Assembly (NCBI GenBank): GCA_010015585.1
Contig: ML975151.1
DNA from: Eremomyces bilateralis CBS 781.70
Lineage: Eukaryota
Reading direction: 5' to 3' (one strand)
Length of the DNA stretch: 64,000 nt
Position numbers and translations under genes: made by a program. Below, in pieces: positions 1-12,020 of this stretch. The notes under the pieces were generated by a model. The model was not told the DNA's origin. It ran no database searches and was given only the letters and a program-made list of their open reading frames with translations. Each line of letters begins with the position of its first letter. Position 1 is the first letter of the stretch.

Positions 1-1247
1 AGCTCAGATCCATGCTTCCACTGTTCTCGGATGCAATCCTTCGGCTGGGGACGAAGAAATTGACCATGGAACAGCTGGAAGAGCAGATCAAGCTCTATAC
101 CGGAGGAATCAATTTTGGCTACCATTCAACCACGTCCCCGCACAACCTTTCGCACTTTGAAGAGGGCTTCAGCGTCTCGGGGATTGCCTTTGACCGAAAC
201 ATTCCCACCATGTACGAGCTGATCCGTACTTTGATCACCGAGACCAACTTCGACGGACCCGAAGCCGAATCCAAAATTCGCGAGCTGTTGCAAACGGCCT
301 CCAGCGGCGCAATGGATGCCATCGCCAGCTCCGGGCACGCGTATGCTCGGAGATACGCTTTGGCGGGATTGAGCCCGGCGGGCCAAATCCGAGAAGAAAC
401 GTCCGGTCTGGCACAGGTGCAGCTGCTGACCGCTTTGTCCATGCGCAACGCGTCCGAAGGTCTGAATGATGTGGTCGACAAACTCAAGCAAATCCAAGCC
501 TTCGCGCTTTCGAAAACACAGGGCTTGCGTTTATCGATCAACTGCGGCCCCGAAAGCGTCCAGGCGAACGAAAAGGCATTGCAGCGATTCATGAGCGGCA
601 TGTCATCCCCCGCAGCCAGTTTCGATCAGGTACAGCCCTGGAGCCCGCAAGAAGCGACGAAGATTTTCTTCCCGCTACCATATCAGGTTCACTATGCTGG
701 CTACGCTGTTCCCTCCGTGCCGTACGTGGATCCATCCGGCGCATCGCTTCAAATACTCGCGCAGCTGCTTACCCACAAGCACCTCCATCACGAAATCCGA
801 GAGAAGGGCGGTGCGTATGGAGGCGGTGCGTTCTCGCAGGGCCTGGAAGGAGGCTTCGGCTACTACAGCTACCGTGACCCGAACCCGCTGAACACCATCA
901 AAATCATGGAGGAGGCGGGTGTCTGGGCCCGAGACCGCACCTGGACCGAGCGAGACATCGAGGAAGCCAAGCTCAGCGTTTTCCAGTCCCTTGATGCGCC
1001 GAAGAGCGTCAGCCAAGAGGGCATGACCCGCTTCGTGTCAGGCATCGACGATGGGATGGCGCAGAAGCGACGGGAACAGCTCCTCGATGTCACGCCTCAG
1101 GACGTTACGGACGCCGCGGACCGTTTCTTGATCCAAGGAGCGAAGCACGGCAGATATGCGTTGCTAGGGCCCAACCGAGACTGGATCACCGAGACAGCTG
1201 GTTGGAAGTTCGAGAAGCTCGAACTCAATCAGCTGGACTCCGCTTAA
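1..1247 (+). CDS. CYM1: Mitochondrial presequence protease (peptidase M16C, Cym1/PreP), C-terminal part; 5' end lies before the window
   Basis: LHHEIREKGGAYGGGA and YYSYRDPNP motifs typical of the Cym1/PreP C-terminus; open frame to TAA at 1247. Confidence 0.92.
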   Translation, partial: LRSMLPLFSDAILRLGTKKLTMEQLEEQIKLYTGGINFGYHSTTSPHNLSHFEEGFSVSGIAFDRNIPTMYELIRTLITETNFDGPEAESKIRELLQTASSGAMDAIASSGHAYARRYALAGLSPAGQIREETSGLAQVQLLTALSMRNASEGLNDVVDKLKQIQAFALSKTQGLRLSINCGPESVQANEKALQRFMSGMSSPAASFDQVQPWSPQEATKIFFPLPYQVHYAGYAVPSVPYVDPSGASLQILAQLLTHKHLHHEIREKGGAYGGGAFSQGLEGGFGYYSYRDPNPLNTIKIMEEAGVWARDRTWTERDIEEAKLSVFQSLDAPKSVSQEGMTRFVSGIDDGMAQKRREQLLDVTPQDVTDAADRFLIQGAKHGRYALLGPNRDWITETAGWKFEKLELNQLDSA

Positions 1248-2054
1248 TTATTGGCGCCTTTCATGTCGCGGCTCAATGCGTTTCATTCACTCTACTCTAT
1301 CTTTAGGGAAGGCCGAGAGCCTCTGTACAATATTGTCTGGGCGGATTGTGCATATGACGGAGTTGGGATACCCTGTAAACAATCTGCCGAATACTAGACG
1401 CGTCCTTTCGACTCCTCTTTACTCTATGACCAACTTACCGTGTGTAGGGCATCTTATACATGCTCCTAGAACCGAATCTACGTCTGTAGCCTGCTTCCAC
1501 AGTTTATAGATCACGAGTTAGGCATTAATGCTGAGCGCAAGATCAATTACTTCAACTCTGACTCAACTATATGGATGGAGACCTGTTCACGTAGATTATG
1601 CTAGTAATTGAGGACATAAATGAATGCGACGCTTACCATTCCAGCAGCTTTTGAGCGGAACCTGATGCCCCATACAAAGGTCGAGTATTGATTGTTCCTT
1701 TGGGATATGTAAAATAATAGGCACTGAGTATCAGACCTAGCTCTGGCCTCTGGTCAAGGTCAATGTGAGATATACTGCTAGTGGGTCTTAAAAGGGGCTT
1801 AACATGGACAACAATGAAAAGGGCATGAACCTTTAGATGTGATTCAAGACCTGTACGTAGGAATATATATTTCGTTATCTGAATGCATCTATCGTATAAA
1901 CATCGTATCCAGCATCATTGCATCCCAATCATGTGTATTCCTATCCATCTGCGCCGATTGGTAATGCTAAATCTAAATGCTACCTATATTCTCTTAGGCC
2001 ACTAATTGGATTATAGCAAGAATCCAAAAAGAAATCAAGAACACCATGCCAACA

Positions 2055-3818
2055 TCAATACCTGAATGCAACAATACCGGCCCGGTCAGGGTCAACTTTC
2101 GCCAAACAGGCCGGCGGGGCCGACTGCAAAGCCAGCGCGCCGTTGACCACGAGACTGACCGCCCGCGACAACACCTCAATGTATCGTTTTTGGACCGGAG
2201 CGCTCAGTCGATGTTGGTCCACGATCGTATCCAACCATTCACAGACCTGTTCATGGTGCATTTCCGGAACGTACCCCCTCCCCTGGCCTCCGCGGATTTG
2301 CGCCAACGTCCACGGACTCCACGCGCAGATGGGCGCCGTCGGGTTCGCCGGGAGGACCAGCGAGGGGATTCCGGAGAAGAGATGGAAGACGATGGTGCCG
2401 CAGCCGGGACGGCGGGAGCTCGACCACATGTTCCCGCGGAAGGGGGAAATGGCGGTGAACAGGAGGAGGATGCGGTTACCGCCCGTATCGTTCTTGGGGT
2501 CGGGGTCGCAGAAGGGGAGGACAGTGAGGGATTCGGAAAGGAGTTTATGGGCGAGAGCATAGTCGCCTGGTCACTGTCAGCGGCCGTGACGGGGCCATCG
2601 GATGCGAATCTTACCGGCCAAGAACGGTCCAAAGCACTGCGCCATAGCGAAGTCGTTCTTACGAGGCACCAAGGGCGTCCGAGCACTGGCGAAAAGATAC
2701 GGACAAAACCAGCCCTTCTCGCATGCTTTCTCGTCCCTCGTGGGAGTGACACCACCGAATCGGATATCTGCGTCGACGCCCATCAGCTTATGCTTGATGC
2801 CCACTTGCAAGCTCTTCACATCTGTTGTGGCCAGCATCTTTTCTTCTTCGGGCAGTAGCTTCTCTAGGATGCCTTTGTCGATCGCCTGCTCCACGATCTG
2901 AAATACCCCGTATTTCAAAACCGTGCTGCCGACGATAGTACCAGTACCCATACTGACCACCTCGGAGACAAACGCATCAGCCCCAAAGGCGCTACTTACC
3001 CCGGTGTTCACGCCCTCCAGCAGGGGGGCTCCAACGAACGCAAACGTGGTGAATAGAATCGCATCACGGTAGCGAACGTTCGGCAGGGTGACTGGATTGT
3101 TATCGCCCCAAGGCGACAGTGCTAAAGGCATTTTCACCGCCGATGTGGCCGTCTGGACCGATGCCCGGGCGACGCGGCCGAAGAGGGTGTCGCCCATGAA
3201 GCGCTTGACTTTGCCGGATTTCTGGTCATCTTTCAGCGTCGGAGTGAAACCTTGCGGAGTGTTGTTCAGGGGTTGCATGGGAGGGGGCGCAAAATGTAGC
3301 TGTCGTGGCTGGGGCGGTTGTCCATACTGCTGTTGTTGCGGCTGGCTGTACTGCGGCTGCGGCTGCGGCTGCGGCTGTTCCTGTGGTTGGGCAAACTGCT
3401 GCTGGAGTTGAAGGAGTTGCTCTGGAGGCATGTTCTGTAGCATTTGCTGGATCTTTTCCACCTTCTCGGGCGGATGGCCAGCGGTATGCGGGTTGTTCGG
3501 ATCTGGGGTATAGGCGGGTGTGGGAAGCGGTGTGGGATAGGCATGGACTTGAACTGTCATCAAACCGCTCGGTTGTTGGAATGAAGCATCTAAGGCTGGA
3601 GTGGGCAATGGAGCGGGTCCAGGTTGGTGCTGTGGGACTGAAACCGGTTGACCTGTCGGATACTGCTGCTGCGGCACCGCTCCTGGATGATGTACTGGAG
3701 GTGCTGGTTGTGTTTGAGGAGGGGTTAAGGAGGGAGGAGGCATCGTCGACGAGCCGTTTGGTGTCGGTGCTGGATGGTTCGCCGCATATTGAATTGGCGG
3801 TTGATTCGGGTTATACAT
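2055..3818 (-). CDS. Fungal hypothetical protein with P/Q-rich N-terminus and globular C-terminal domain; 2 exons
   Basis: ATG at 3818. A GTAAGA...CTGAC...CAG intron at about 2568-2614 joins ORF 2577-3824 (..GPFLAG) in frame to DYALAHKLL..AGIVAFRY*, ending at 2055. Confidence 0.75.
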
Positions 3819-5124
3819 GGTCAAACTTCACTCTCCTTGCTCTTTCAATTCTGGTCCGATGAGACTGTAAGGAGATCACGCTTAGTCGGGGTCCAACGAG
3901 GGTTGGCCAACTGTTTGGGTCAGTGTATCACAAAGCAGACCCTATCAGTAGCAGACAAAAGAAGATAAAAAAAACAGAAACGACTGCAATTGTCCACGAG
4001 ACTCTAACTTCAAATGAAAATCAACGAGATTGATATTGCCTTTGTTCCGGACGACTGACAGACCGGTCCAGACCCGCAGCCTTGTTTTCAGCCGCCTTGT
4101 GTCGCACCAATTCATCAACAGAGGGAGGATATCGCAAAAGAGGCGCTCGATAGCGCGTTCCTGTGTACCTGAGGAATCCTATCCGAACTAGACTTGGCGC
4201 AGAAATCTATATTCGGCATTTCGGGATATGTCACCCTGGTTCAGTAATTTTCACGGTTGAGGGGATTTGATGTTGGTGGAGAGAGAACCAGACCGTGCAA
4301 GGCTGGAGGTCTGGGAGACAACCAACAGGGGAAGATTGGCAGTCTGGCACCGTCAGTGCGGCGGTACGGGTCGCTCCGTTCGGTCCCATAATGCATTATA
4401 ATTGATCATTTATAAATTGATAATTACAGGAGAGTGTCAGTGAAGTCAGTAATAAGGTACAAGAAGGTGCAGGTTCCATAATACTGTTGTACGGTACTCC
4501 GAAGATACTAGGGAGGTAGGGTTCCTGATGACCTGGAGAAGGTAGGGGATACCTAATTAATTATTCAAGTACTTAAACATGGGCCTGGTCCGGCGACCCG
4601 TTTGGCAGCATCATTCAGCATTAATTATGTTTCTGCCCGATCCACGGAATGCCTCACCTCAAGTCCCTTATTCGTTTTGCAAGCTTCCAATCGTACTTCG
4701 GAGAGGTTCGAATAGTCCCAATCACCTGATAAAATGCAAATGGCCAAACTTACATAGGTACTTGTATACTTGCAAGTTATCATGCCATCTTCACATGAAT
4801 GGCCATTCACTGGTCGAATCGACGGGAGTTAGATAGTGAGATTGCATGTATTTCTAAGTCTCTAGGTTGGTCCAGACCTTACTCCGGGAAATGTACAGAC
4901 TTATGCATGACTGATGCTCGCTTCGAACATTGCCACGGCCAAGCGAGATAGCGTGGGGAGTGGGGAGAAGTAACATAATGGGAACACAGAAGAGATGGAT
5001 ATAAGTACACCCACTCCCCTCACCCTTTCCTGCAACTGAGAGACATCAAGGGCCGCTAGAATCCGTCCTACAGACATCTCTTTGCTCTTAAGTCTATCAC
5101 CCCTCGATCTCCAACCTCGCCGAA

Positions 5125-6069
5125 ATGGCTCTCACCCAAGCCCAAGCCCAAGCCCAAGCCCAAACGGGCCAAACCCAACCCGCCATTGGCTACGCCTTCC
5201 CCTCTCCCGCCCAGAAAATCGAAAGCAATCGACTAGACGTGCAGCACCGGCTCCTTGTCCTCACCGCCAATGACCAGCTCCACCGCGCCCCCTTAGACCC
5301 CACCTCCGTCCGCAACGCGCTCGACATCGCCACCGGCACCGGCATCTGGGCCACCGAATTCGCCCGGGAGTTCCCCGCCGCTAATACCGTCGGCTTCGAC
5401 ATTACATCGCACCCGCAGCACAGCGCCGCTGATATCCCTTCGAACTGCACCTTCGAGGTCGCCGACATGCGCAACGATGCTACGTGGAGCGGCGAGCCGG
5501 ACGCGAACGCTGCGTGGACGATGCCGAAGAGCGTGCCGTACGATTACGTCCACGGGCGCATGCTGATGGCCGTGGTGCAGGACTGGCCGAAACTCATGGC
5601 GCGATGCTATGAGAAGATGGCGCCGGGCGCGTGGATTGAGTTCCAGGATCTGAACCTACCCATGAGCACGCCGGACCCGGAGTGCACCGCGGAGTCGTCC
5701 CCGATGTTCACCTGGGCGATGCTGTTCCATGAGACGTTTCTAAAGATCGGGTATGATTTCGGTGCGGCGGCCCAGCATGCGCAGCGGCTGAGGGACGCGG
5801 GGTTCGTCGATGTGCAGGAATTCGATGGGAAGTGGACGGTCGCGGGCCCGGTGCCGGACTCGGATCGGGAGAGGCAGATGCACGAGATGGCGGTAAGTGT
5901 GGTGATCGATGGCGTGGCTGGGTTCACTAGAAAGGCGTTTAAGGAGGTGCTCGGTTGGACGGATGAGCAGGTCGATGAGGTCGTTGCTGCGGTTCAACAT
6001 GAGTCGCGGAATGGGAAGTACAGGATCATCGCGAACTTTAAATATGTCTTCGGGCGGAAGCCTCTATAA
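5125..6069 (+). CDS. LaeA-like class I SAM-dependent methyltransferase, intronless
   Basis: ESNRLDVQH, ALDIATGTGIWA (SAM motif I), YDYVHGR, PGAWIEFQD and C-terminal VFGRKP are typical of fungal LaeA-like methyltransferases. Confidence 0.88.
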   Translation: MALTQAQAQAQAQTGQTQPAIGYAFPSPAQKIESNRLDVQHRLLVLTANDQLHRAPLDPTSVRNALDIATGTGIWATEFAREFPAANTVGFDITSHPQHSAADIPSNCTFEVADMRNDATWSGEPDANAAWTMPKSVPYDYVHGRMLMAVVQDWPKLMARCYEKMAPGAWIEFQDLNLPMSTPDPECTAESSPMFTWAMLFHETFLKIGYDFGAAAQHAQRLRDAGFVDVQEFDGKWTVAGPVPDSDRERQMHEMAVSVVIDGVAGFTRKAFKEVLGWTDEQVDEVVAAVQHESRNGKYRIIANFKYVFGRKPL

Positions 6070-6344
6070 ACCCATACTACATTGACGGTAATTGACCAGT
6101 TATTCGGAGACAATGGGGCTCAAGGTTAACTTTAATAGAACAATCATGATTATGACACAATTTAATTGTGACCGGAGCCGGAACTCCTTATGCTAAATGT
6201 TTAAACGCGCTCATGAAAACAAGGACGTCAAAAATGCAATATGCTGTGTAACCATATGCTGTGTAACCATATGAATCAATCAGAGCATGTTGCCACACTG
6301 GCGTTCGAAGCACCTTCAACATGTCGTGTAATCATCCCGCGCCA

Positions 6345-8447
6345 TCAGAACATATCCCCGTGGAGGATTCCCTTCAACACCGCTTGGCCAGCTCCATCAC
6401 AGCATCCTTCGACCTCCTTATATCCCACACAACATACAACCCTTCGCTCATCGTTTGCGCTGCCAAGCCCTTCAAATGCCTTGCCTCTGCCTGTCCTGCT
6501 TGGAGTAATCGTAGTCCTGGTCGGGGTCAAAAATCCTTTCCCCCCGGTGATGGAGATGAGCGAAAGCATGTCCAGGGAAGAGACGACATCGCCAAACTCG
6601 GTTGCCGAGAGGGGCGCAAGAATGTTCGACGACCGGCAAAGAGCGCTGTATGTGGAATACAGGGATGCGACAGTTGGGGCACCTCCATTCGTCCCGTTTC
6701 GATGTTTGCTCGGTGTATGAGGAGCCCGTGGCATGGTTACAGCTGCACGACCATGTCTTGAAGGGGTCCCTATGACGGTTTCGACGCTCGCTGGTGCAGC
6801 TGCATTTGGTCCCACCGAGTCTTCCTTATTCATGCGGTCGATTGCTGCCAATGAGCACAGAACCGCTTTCTGCTGCAGATTGAGTGACCGCAGACGTGAA
6901 GATGCGCCATTGCTAAAAGCCGCAGCCGTCACACGAGCAATATGGGCTATGGTCGCTCGGGGCGCTGATTCGGCAGTGAGATCAGAGAGAGAGGACTTTT
7001 GCTGAGAATATGCTGGCTTCCTGGCCGATTTTGAAGGAGAATAAGGGGAAGACAAGTTCATGTTATCCACGAGGGGTAGACGAGACGGTGATTTGACCGG
7101 TGACACAATAGACATTTCTCTTGATGCCAGGTCAAATTTCTTTGTTCGAGTCTCTGTTTCGACTAGATCCACAGCACGTCGAGCTAGATCGAAAGCTCGG
7201 CGCAAATCTCCGGTTTGTGATGCAACCTTTTTCGCGAGGAACATGATGGCCGTCGGGTGGATGAGCGGGACATGGGAACTATTTCCTCCATCCGGCATCA
7301 GAGTCTTCAACTTTGCTGTGAGGATAGCGCTGAGTTGCTTCTCGGAATAGGGCATGAAGGGAAGCAGTTGAGGTTTCAGAGCACGGGACTTGAGCCTCGG
7401 GAGGAATCGATCAGTGAAGTCCAGAGCATTTGCAATTCCTATGAGGATCAAGTTTGAGGTCTTCTGGAGAGACCACTCGAAGAGGGTGTGCACGAAATCC
7501 TGGTCCACATCGACAAGGTGATCGATCTCATCGAGTACCACCAAGTGGACAGTTTTCCGCTTGTGGAAAAGCTTCTTCGTCTCTTGAAGCTCCGAGCCAG
7601 TGAGAACATCTGGATTGATCTCAAACTTTTCGAAGATGCGACCGATAATATCTTTTGAAGTTTTCGCTCCCACGCAGTTGATGGTTGCAGACTTGATGGA
7701 TTCGTCGAGATGTAAATCTTGAAACACTTCGGTGACAAGAGCGCTTTTTCCGGTTCCAGGCGGTCCCGAGATGTACAAGCTGCCCGGCATTTTCTCCGAG
7801 GTATGCGACGCGATGAAATCTTGCAACTCCTGGCGTTCGTGGTCACGTCCCACGAGTCTTCCGGGCTGTATGCTTCGCGCAAATAATAGCCGGGCCTTGT
7901 TATAAATGTTCGGAGCGGTTGTCCGCGGAGTCGTAGGAGTGCCATGTGTTCTTGGTGTCAGTGGCTTTCCAACAACGGTGACGCGGTGTCGAGGTGTGAT
8001 GGGATCGGTCGCAAATGCGTCCTTATGTCGGTTTGTTGTCGGGGTAGCGAAAGTGGATTGAGGATCAAGAACGGAGTCGGCTTTGCGAGGGCTGACATTT
8101 CCGTCCTTTGCCGGGGAGTTGATGGATATTCTTGTTTCCGGAGCACCATGTTTGCTAGGAACGGTTTCCTCGCCTCTCGATCTCTTCCGAGTCCTGAGCT
8201 TCCACTTCTCATCGGGCTCCTGGTGACCTTGGTCATTGGACTTGACGAAAGGGTTTTCGTTCTCGTCATTGTCCTGGATAACAAATTGTTTAGCACGCTT
8301 CGACCGTGTCAGGCGACCAGTATCTTGAAGACCAGCATCTTAGAGAAGTCAGCTAATTGATATTGGTAGAAATCTTGGAACTTGTGTTGTCTTACCTTTG
8401 GAAGTCGGAGTAGAGCGAGATCTCTTTCCTAGAACGGAAGAAGCCAT
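6345..8447 (-). CDS. CDC6: Cell division control protein Cdc6/Cdc18 (AAA+ ATPase); 2 exons
   Basis: Walker A SGPPGTGKS, Walker B VLDEIDHL, IGIANALDFTDRFLPRL, GDLRRA. ATG at 8447 (MASSVLGKR); intron at about 8339-8396 joins in frame to DENENPF. Confidence 0.93.
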
Positions 8448-8611
8448 CGCTATTATCGTGTGAAGTGGTTGCTGAAGGTGGAAGCTGCGATGGGCGATGC
8501 AGATTACAGTGTAGTGTACAGTTCGAAGTTGGGAAGTTGCGGATGGTGGGTGAGGCAAGAGGTTAGAGGTAAGTGGTTCAAGTCAATTTGCAACTGGAAA
8601 GAGGCAGGGAA

Positions 8612-8658
8612 ACGCGTCGCGGTACGCGCTTGCCGGCCGAGGGTGCGATTGAACGCGT
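8612..8658. promoter_or_regulatory. MCB (MluI cell-cycle box) cluster upstream of CDC6
   Basis: ACGCGT at 8612-8617 and 8653-8658, plus ACGCG at 8624-8628, about 165-210 bp upstream of the ATG; CDC6/cdc18 is a canonical MBF target in yeasts. Confidence 0.7.
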
Positions 8659-9331
8659 CGCCCCACTTTAAGGGTCATCACGTTAAGCGTCACAGGACCA
8701 CCTCCATCTCCAAAGCTTCAGTAGAGTCCAAATCTTCAAGACTGATGATAGGTACAACATCCTCCAGATCCGAAACCCCTTGAATTCTAGCCTTCTTGAA
8801 GAAGTTTGTAACTTTCTCCTCGATTCTCCAATTTTGGCTTGGGTGGTGCTAGTTGTTGGTCCAGCTAATGGAATGTTGCAGGGTCCTGACAAATCCGCCC
8901 TGCATCCAATCCATGAATGCTCCGGGACCATGGCACTCTCTCCCGTAGTACCAGACACCAAACCTCAACTCTGCTTAATGATGTGACAATGGCCGTGGCT
9001 TGAAGTCCGGAGCGGGGGAGCGGCGCTTGGGGGAGGGCTTCAATATGGATGTTTCCTTCTAGTTTGCTTTCGCACTCAACCCGCACCTTCGCTTGTTCTT
9101 AGTCAATAGAACTCTCATTGATCTTCTTGACACATGAACCAATTCCTGGCTCGTCCTGATATATCCGAAATGAACGTATGAGTCGGAATTTTGGCAATTG
9201 TCTCACTGCCAGGACATCTCCCAAGCGACCTTCCCCTATTATAGTACCGCCTCGAACCTAGTCTATTCCACGTCTGCACTGTCGTTCTTTCGTTTATATT
9301 ATGTTACATTTTCTTTCCTATAGCCTTTGCG

Positions 9332-10513
9332 ATGTCGCACTTGCATGTTCTCCTTACGGGAGGGACTGGGTTCGTCGGTACGGCGATCCTGAAGGCCCTC
9401 GATGAGTATCATCCGGAGTACAGGGTCTCTGTTCTAGACTTCATCTCGGAGTCGCGATGGGCTCGACCGAATACCGCATTCGATATTCAATACTACCAGG
9501 CAGATATCACCAATAGACATCAGGTCTCTGAAGCGATACACGCTTGCAAGCCAACCATCGTCATTCATACAGCCGGCATGGTCACGAAGAACAACAGCCG
9601 GTACCGTGACCCGAACCCGGAAATTGTCTTCAGGATCAACGTTGAAGGGACCAGAAATGTGTTGGATGCGGCGAAGAGTTCGGGAGCGACTTCATTCGTC
9701 TATACTAGTAGCGTGACAATTGTCACGGACGATCAAGATCACGACTATCCGAACGTGAACGAGACGGTTCCCACCGGATTCGCGCTGTGTACTTATGGGC
9801 AATCAAAAGTCTGTATCTTCCGCCTTTTCTTGCCGATAGTGTCCGTATGCTGAATAGGGTACAGCTGGCGGCCGAAAAGGTGGTCCTCGCCGCCAATAGC
9901 CCCGAATTCGCAACCTGCGCCCTTCGTCCCTCGACGTTGATGGGCCCCGGCGACACCAATCTCGTCCCTACCATCCAGCGATGCATCGCCGAGTTCGAGA
10001 CCCCATTCATCATCGGGTCGGGTCTCAACCTCTATGACTTCACGTACGTCGGGAATGTCGCGGATGCGCACGTTCTGGCGGCTGAGAACCTCACACGACC
10101 CCATGCCGACGATCGAACAGCGGCGGGGGAGGCCATATTCATAACCAATGGCCAACCCGTGCCATTTCGATCATTCTGTTTGGCGGTCTGGGCCGAATGG
10201 GGGCACGCCCCTCCGTTTGAGATCCACGTTCCTAAGAGGGTTGCTTGGACTGCAGGTTATCTAGCAGAATGGTGGACGTGGATAAGGGGAACAGAAGCGA
10301 CTCTGTGTAGAGGGAGCGTCAAGGACTACTGTCAGACAGCATATGCTGATATCAGCAAGTCACGACGGATACTGGGGTATGAGCCTCGTGTTGGATTACC
10401 GGAAGGTATCAAGATCAGCTGTGCGGTAAGAACTCTCTGTTCATGAACTTTGCGATAATGCTCACAAGGATTAGGATCTTAAAAGACGAATGGAGGAAAA
10501 CAAGTTATCCTAG
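9332..10513 (+). CDS. Erg26-like 3-beta-hydroxysteroid dehydrogenase / C-3 sterol dehydrogenase family; 3 exons
   Basis: TGGTGFVG Rossmann motif, NVEGT, YTSS, YGQSK (YxxxK), ALRPS, DFTYVGNVADAH; introns at about 9809-9864 and 10426-10475. Confidence 0.87.
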
Positions 10514-12020
10514 AACCTAGCAAATCAATTGTTCTTGTTCAATTATGCCGAGGGCACATCTTCAACTAACGGATGTGACCGCTCAGTTTCTTTCTACCAG
10601 TATCCCGCCTCAGCGCCCGCGCTTTACCAACCGAGATGGGCTTGACGACTGTTCCTCGACCCATCTCGCCGAGATGTAGCACCTCATTTCATCCCTTGCT
10701 GGGGTCAAATTGCGTTGTGGTCTTCCCCTTCATGAGTTACGGAACGGGAGTTAGTGGCTGGTAGTGCTGGTTCCGTCGAACTTTGGGAACTGTTAGGGTA
10801 ATGGTCTGGGTTCTTGAAGGACCTGTCACATTTTGGGTACATACAGAAGATGAGATTGGCAGCAAATTCCCCTTTCAGCAGCGAGGCGAGCGTGAGATCC
10901 GTTACACAGTTGATGCATCATGTTGGCTGCTGAGATGGCTCGGAGGAACTGAATGGAATTCGAAAGACCCTATCCTGCGCATGAAAAGGCAATGTTCATC
11001 AGATTCGTGCGAAAACTTGATAATGCAAGTTTCGGTCGAGTATGGTAAAGGCCCGATTATAGCGAGGTAAATTCGATTATAGAATGTCATTCAAGAATGA
11101 TATCGAGGAGCGACAAATCAAGCCGATACTCACACCAGCTCTGATGTCTTACTACATGCATGCAAAAATACCCGTTGGTTGGATTAAGCTAATCAATAAA
11201 GATGCTCAGACTGGGTAGGGGTGGGCTCGAATCATATTAAGGGGTAGGATTAAGGAGTTATCACGGAACCAGTGCGTTGGGCTTTTCAAAATACACTGTA
11301 CTAAGCAGGTCTGATTCCTATTGAATCAATACGAGTTTACTGTTGGAAATAGAAGCGTGGCATTCAATTAACCTTTGCGAATCGTTTAAAGTAAGTGTGT
11401 AGACGTGGCAAGGGAGTTTGAGTCCTGCGTCTACCTATCGCTCGCCGAAGAATCCAGGAGAAATGGAACGACAAATGCTGCTGGTACAGGCGATGTTTCG
11501 AAATCCTCTTAACTTGCTCCGGGAAGTCACGAAACCCTATGATCCAGGCCGCTGGCAGCCGAAACACACCTGCGACTCCGAGTGGAATGCGCAACGAGAC
11601 CCTGCTACGGAAGTGAAGGGGTGGAAATGGATTATAAAATAGCGTCTCAGGGCGTCTCAGGGCGTCTCAAACCAAGTACAGGGCGAACGCATCACAAGAG
11701 CAGCGATAACCATTTTTGTCCAGCGGGAAACGGGGGGAAGAAACAAAAAGCAGTGGTATATCTCAACGAAAAGTGGAGGGTTCGGCGAAGAAAGGAATGG
11801 GAATACGCTAAACCAAGAAGCCAATAAAGCAGAATGCAAGCGGACCTCTCCAAATGCCCAATGAACAGCAAAAGATAGACAGGTAGATGTCCGGGTTTCA
11901 TGCCCCTCAGATCGTCATCCGTATCTCGTAAATCGTTGAACTCGTCGCCCGGCCATGTTTCCTTCTCGTCTACCACCTCCACCGCCGCACATCGATCCCG
12001 TCTCCGGAACATCGACCGCT

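Noticed and set aside
2046..2858. Long antisense ORFs (e.g. 2046-2858, 11692-12438, 24759-25433, 41504-42097)
   Set aside because: Shadows or alternate frames of GC-rich real genes
4700..4720. GGTTCGAAT tRNA T-loop-like motif (similar at about 11225 and 60270)
   Set aside because: No cloverleaf stems or A-box; no tRNA or rRNA gene can be supported in the window
10632..10668. 9-bp hairpin CGAGATGGG/CCCATCTCG after the Erg26-like gene
   Set aside because: Short enough to arise by chance, and intrinsic terminators are not expected for Pol II genes
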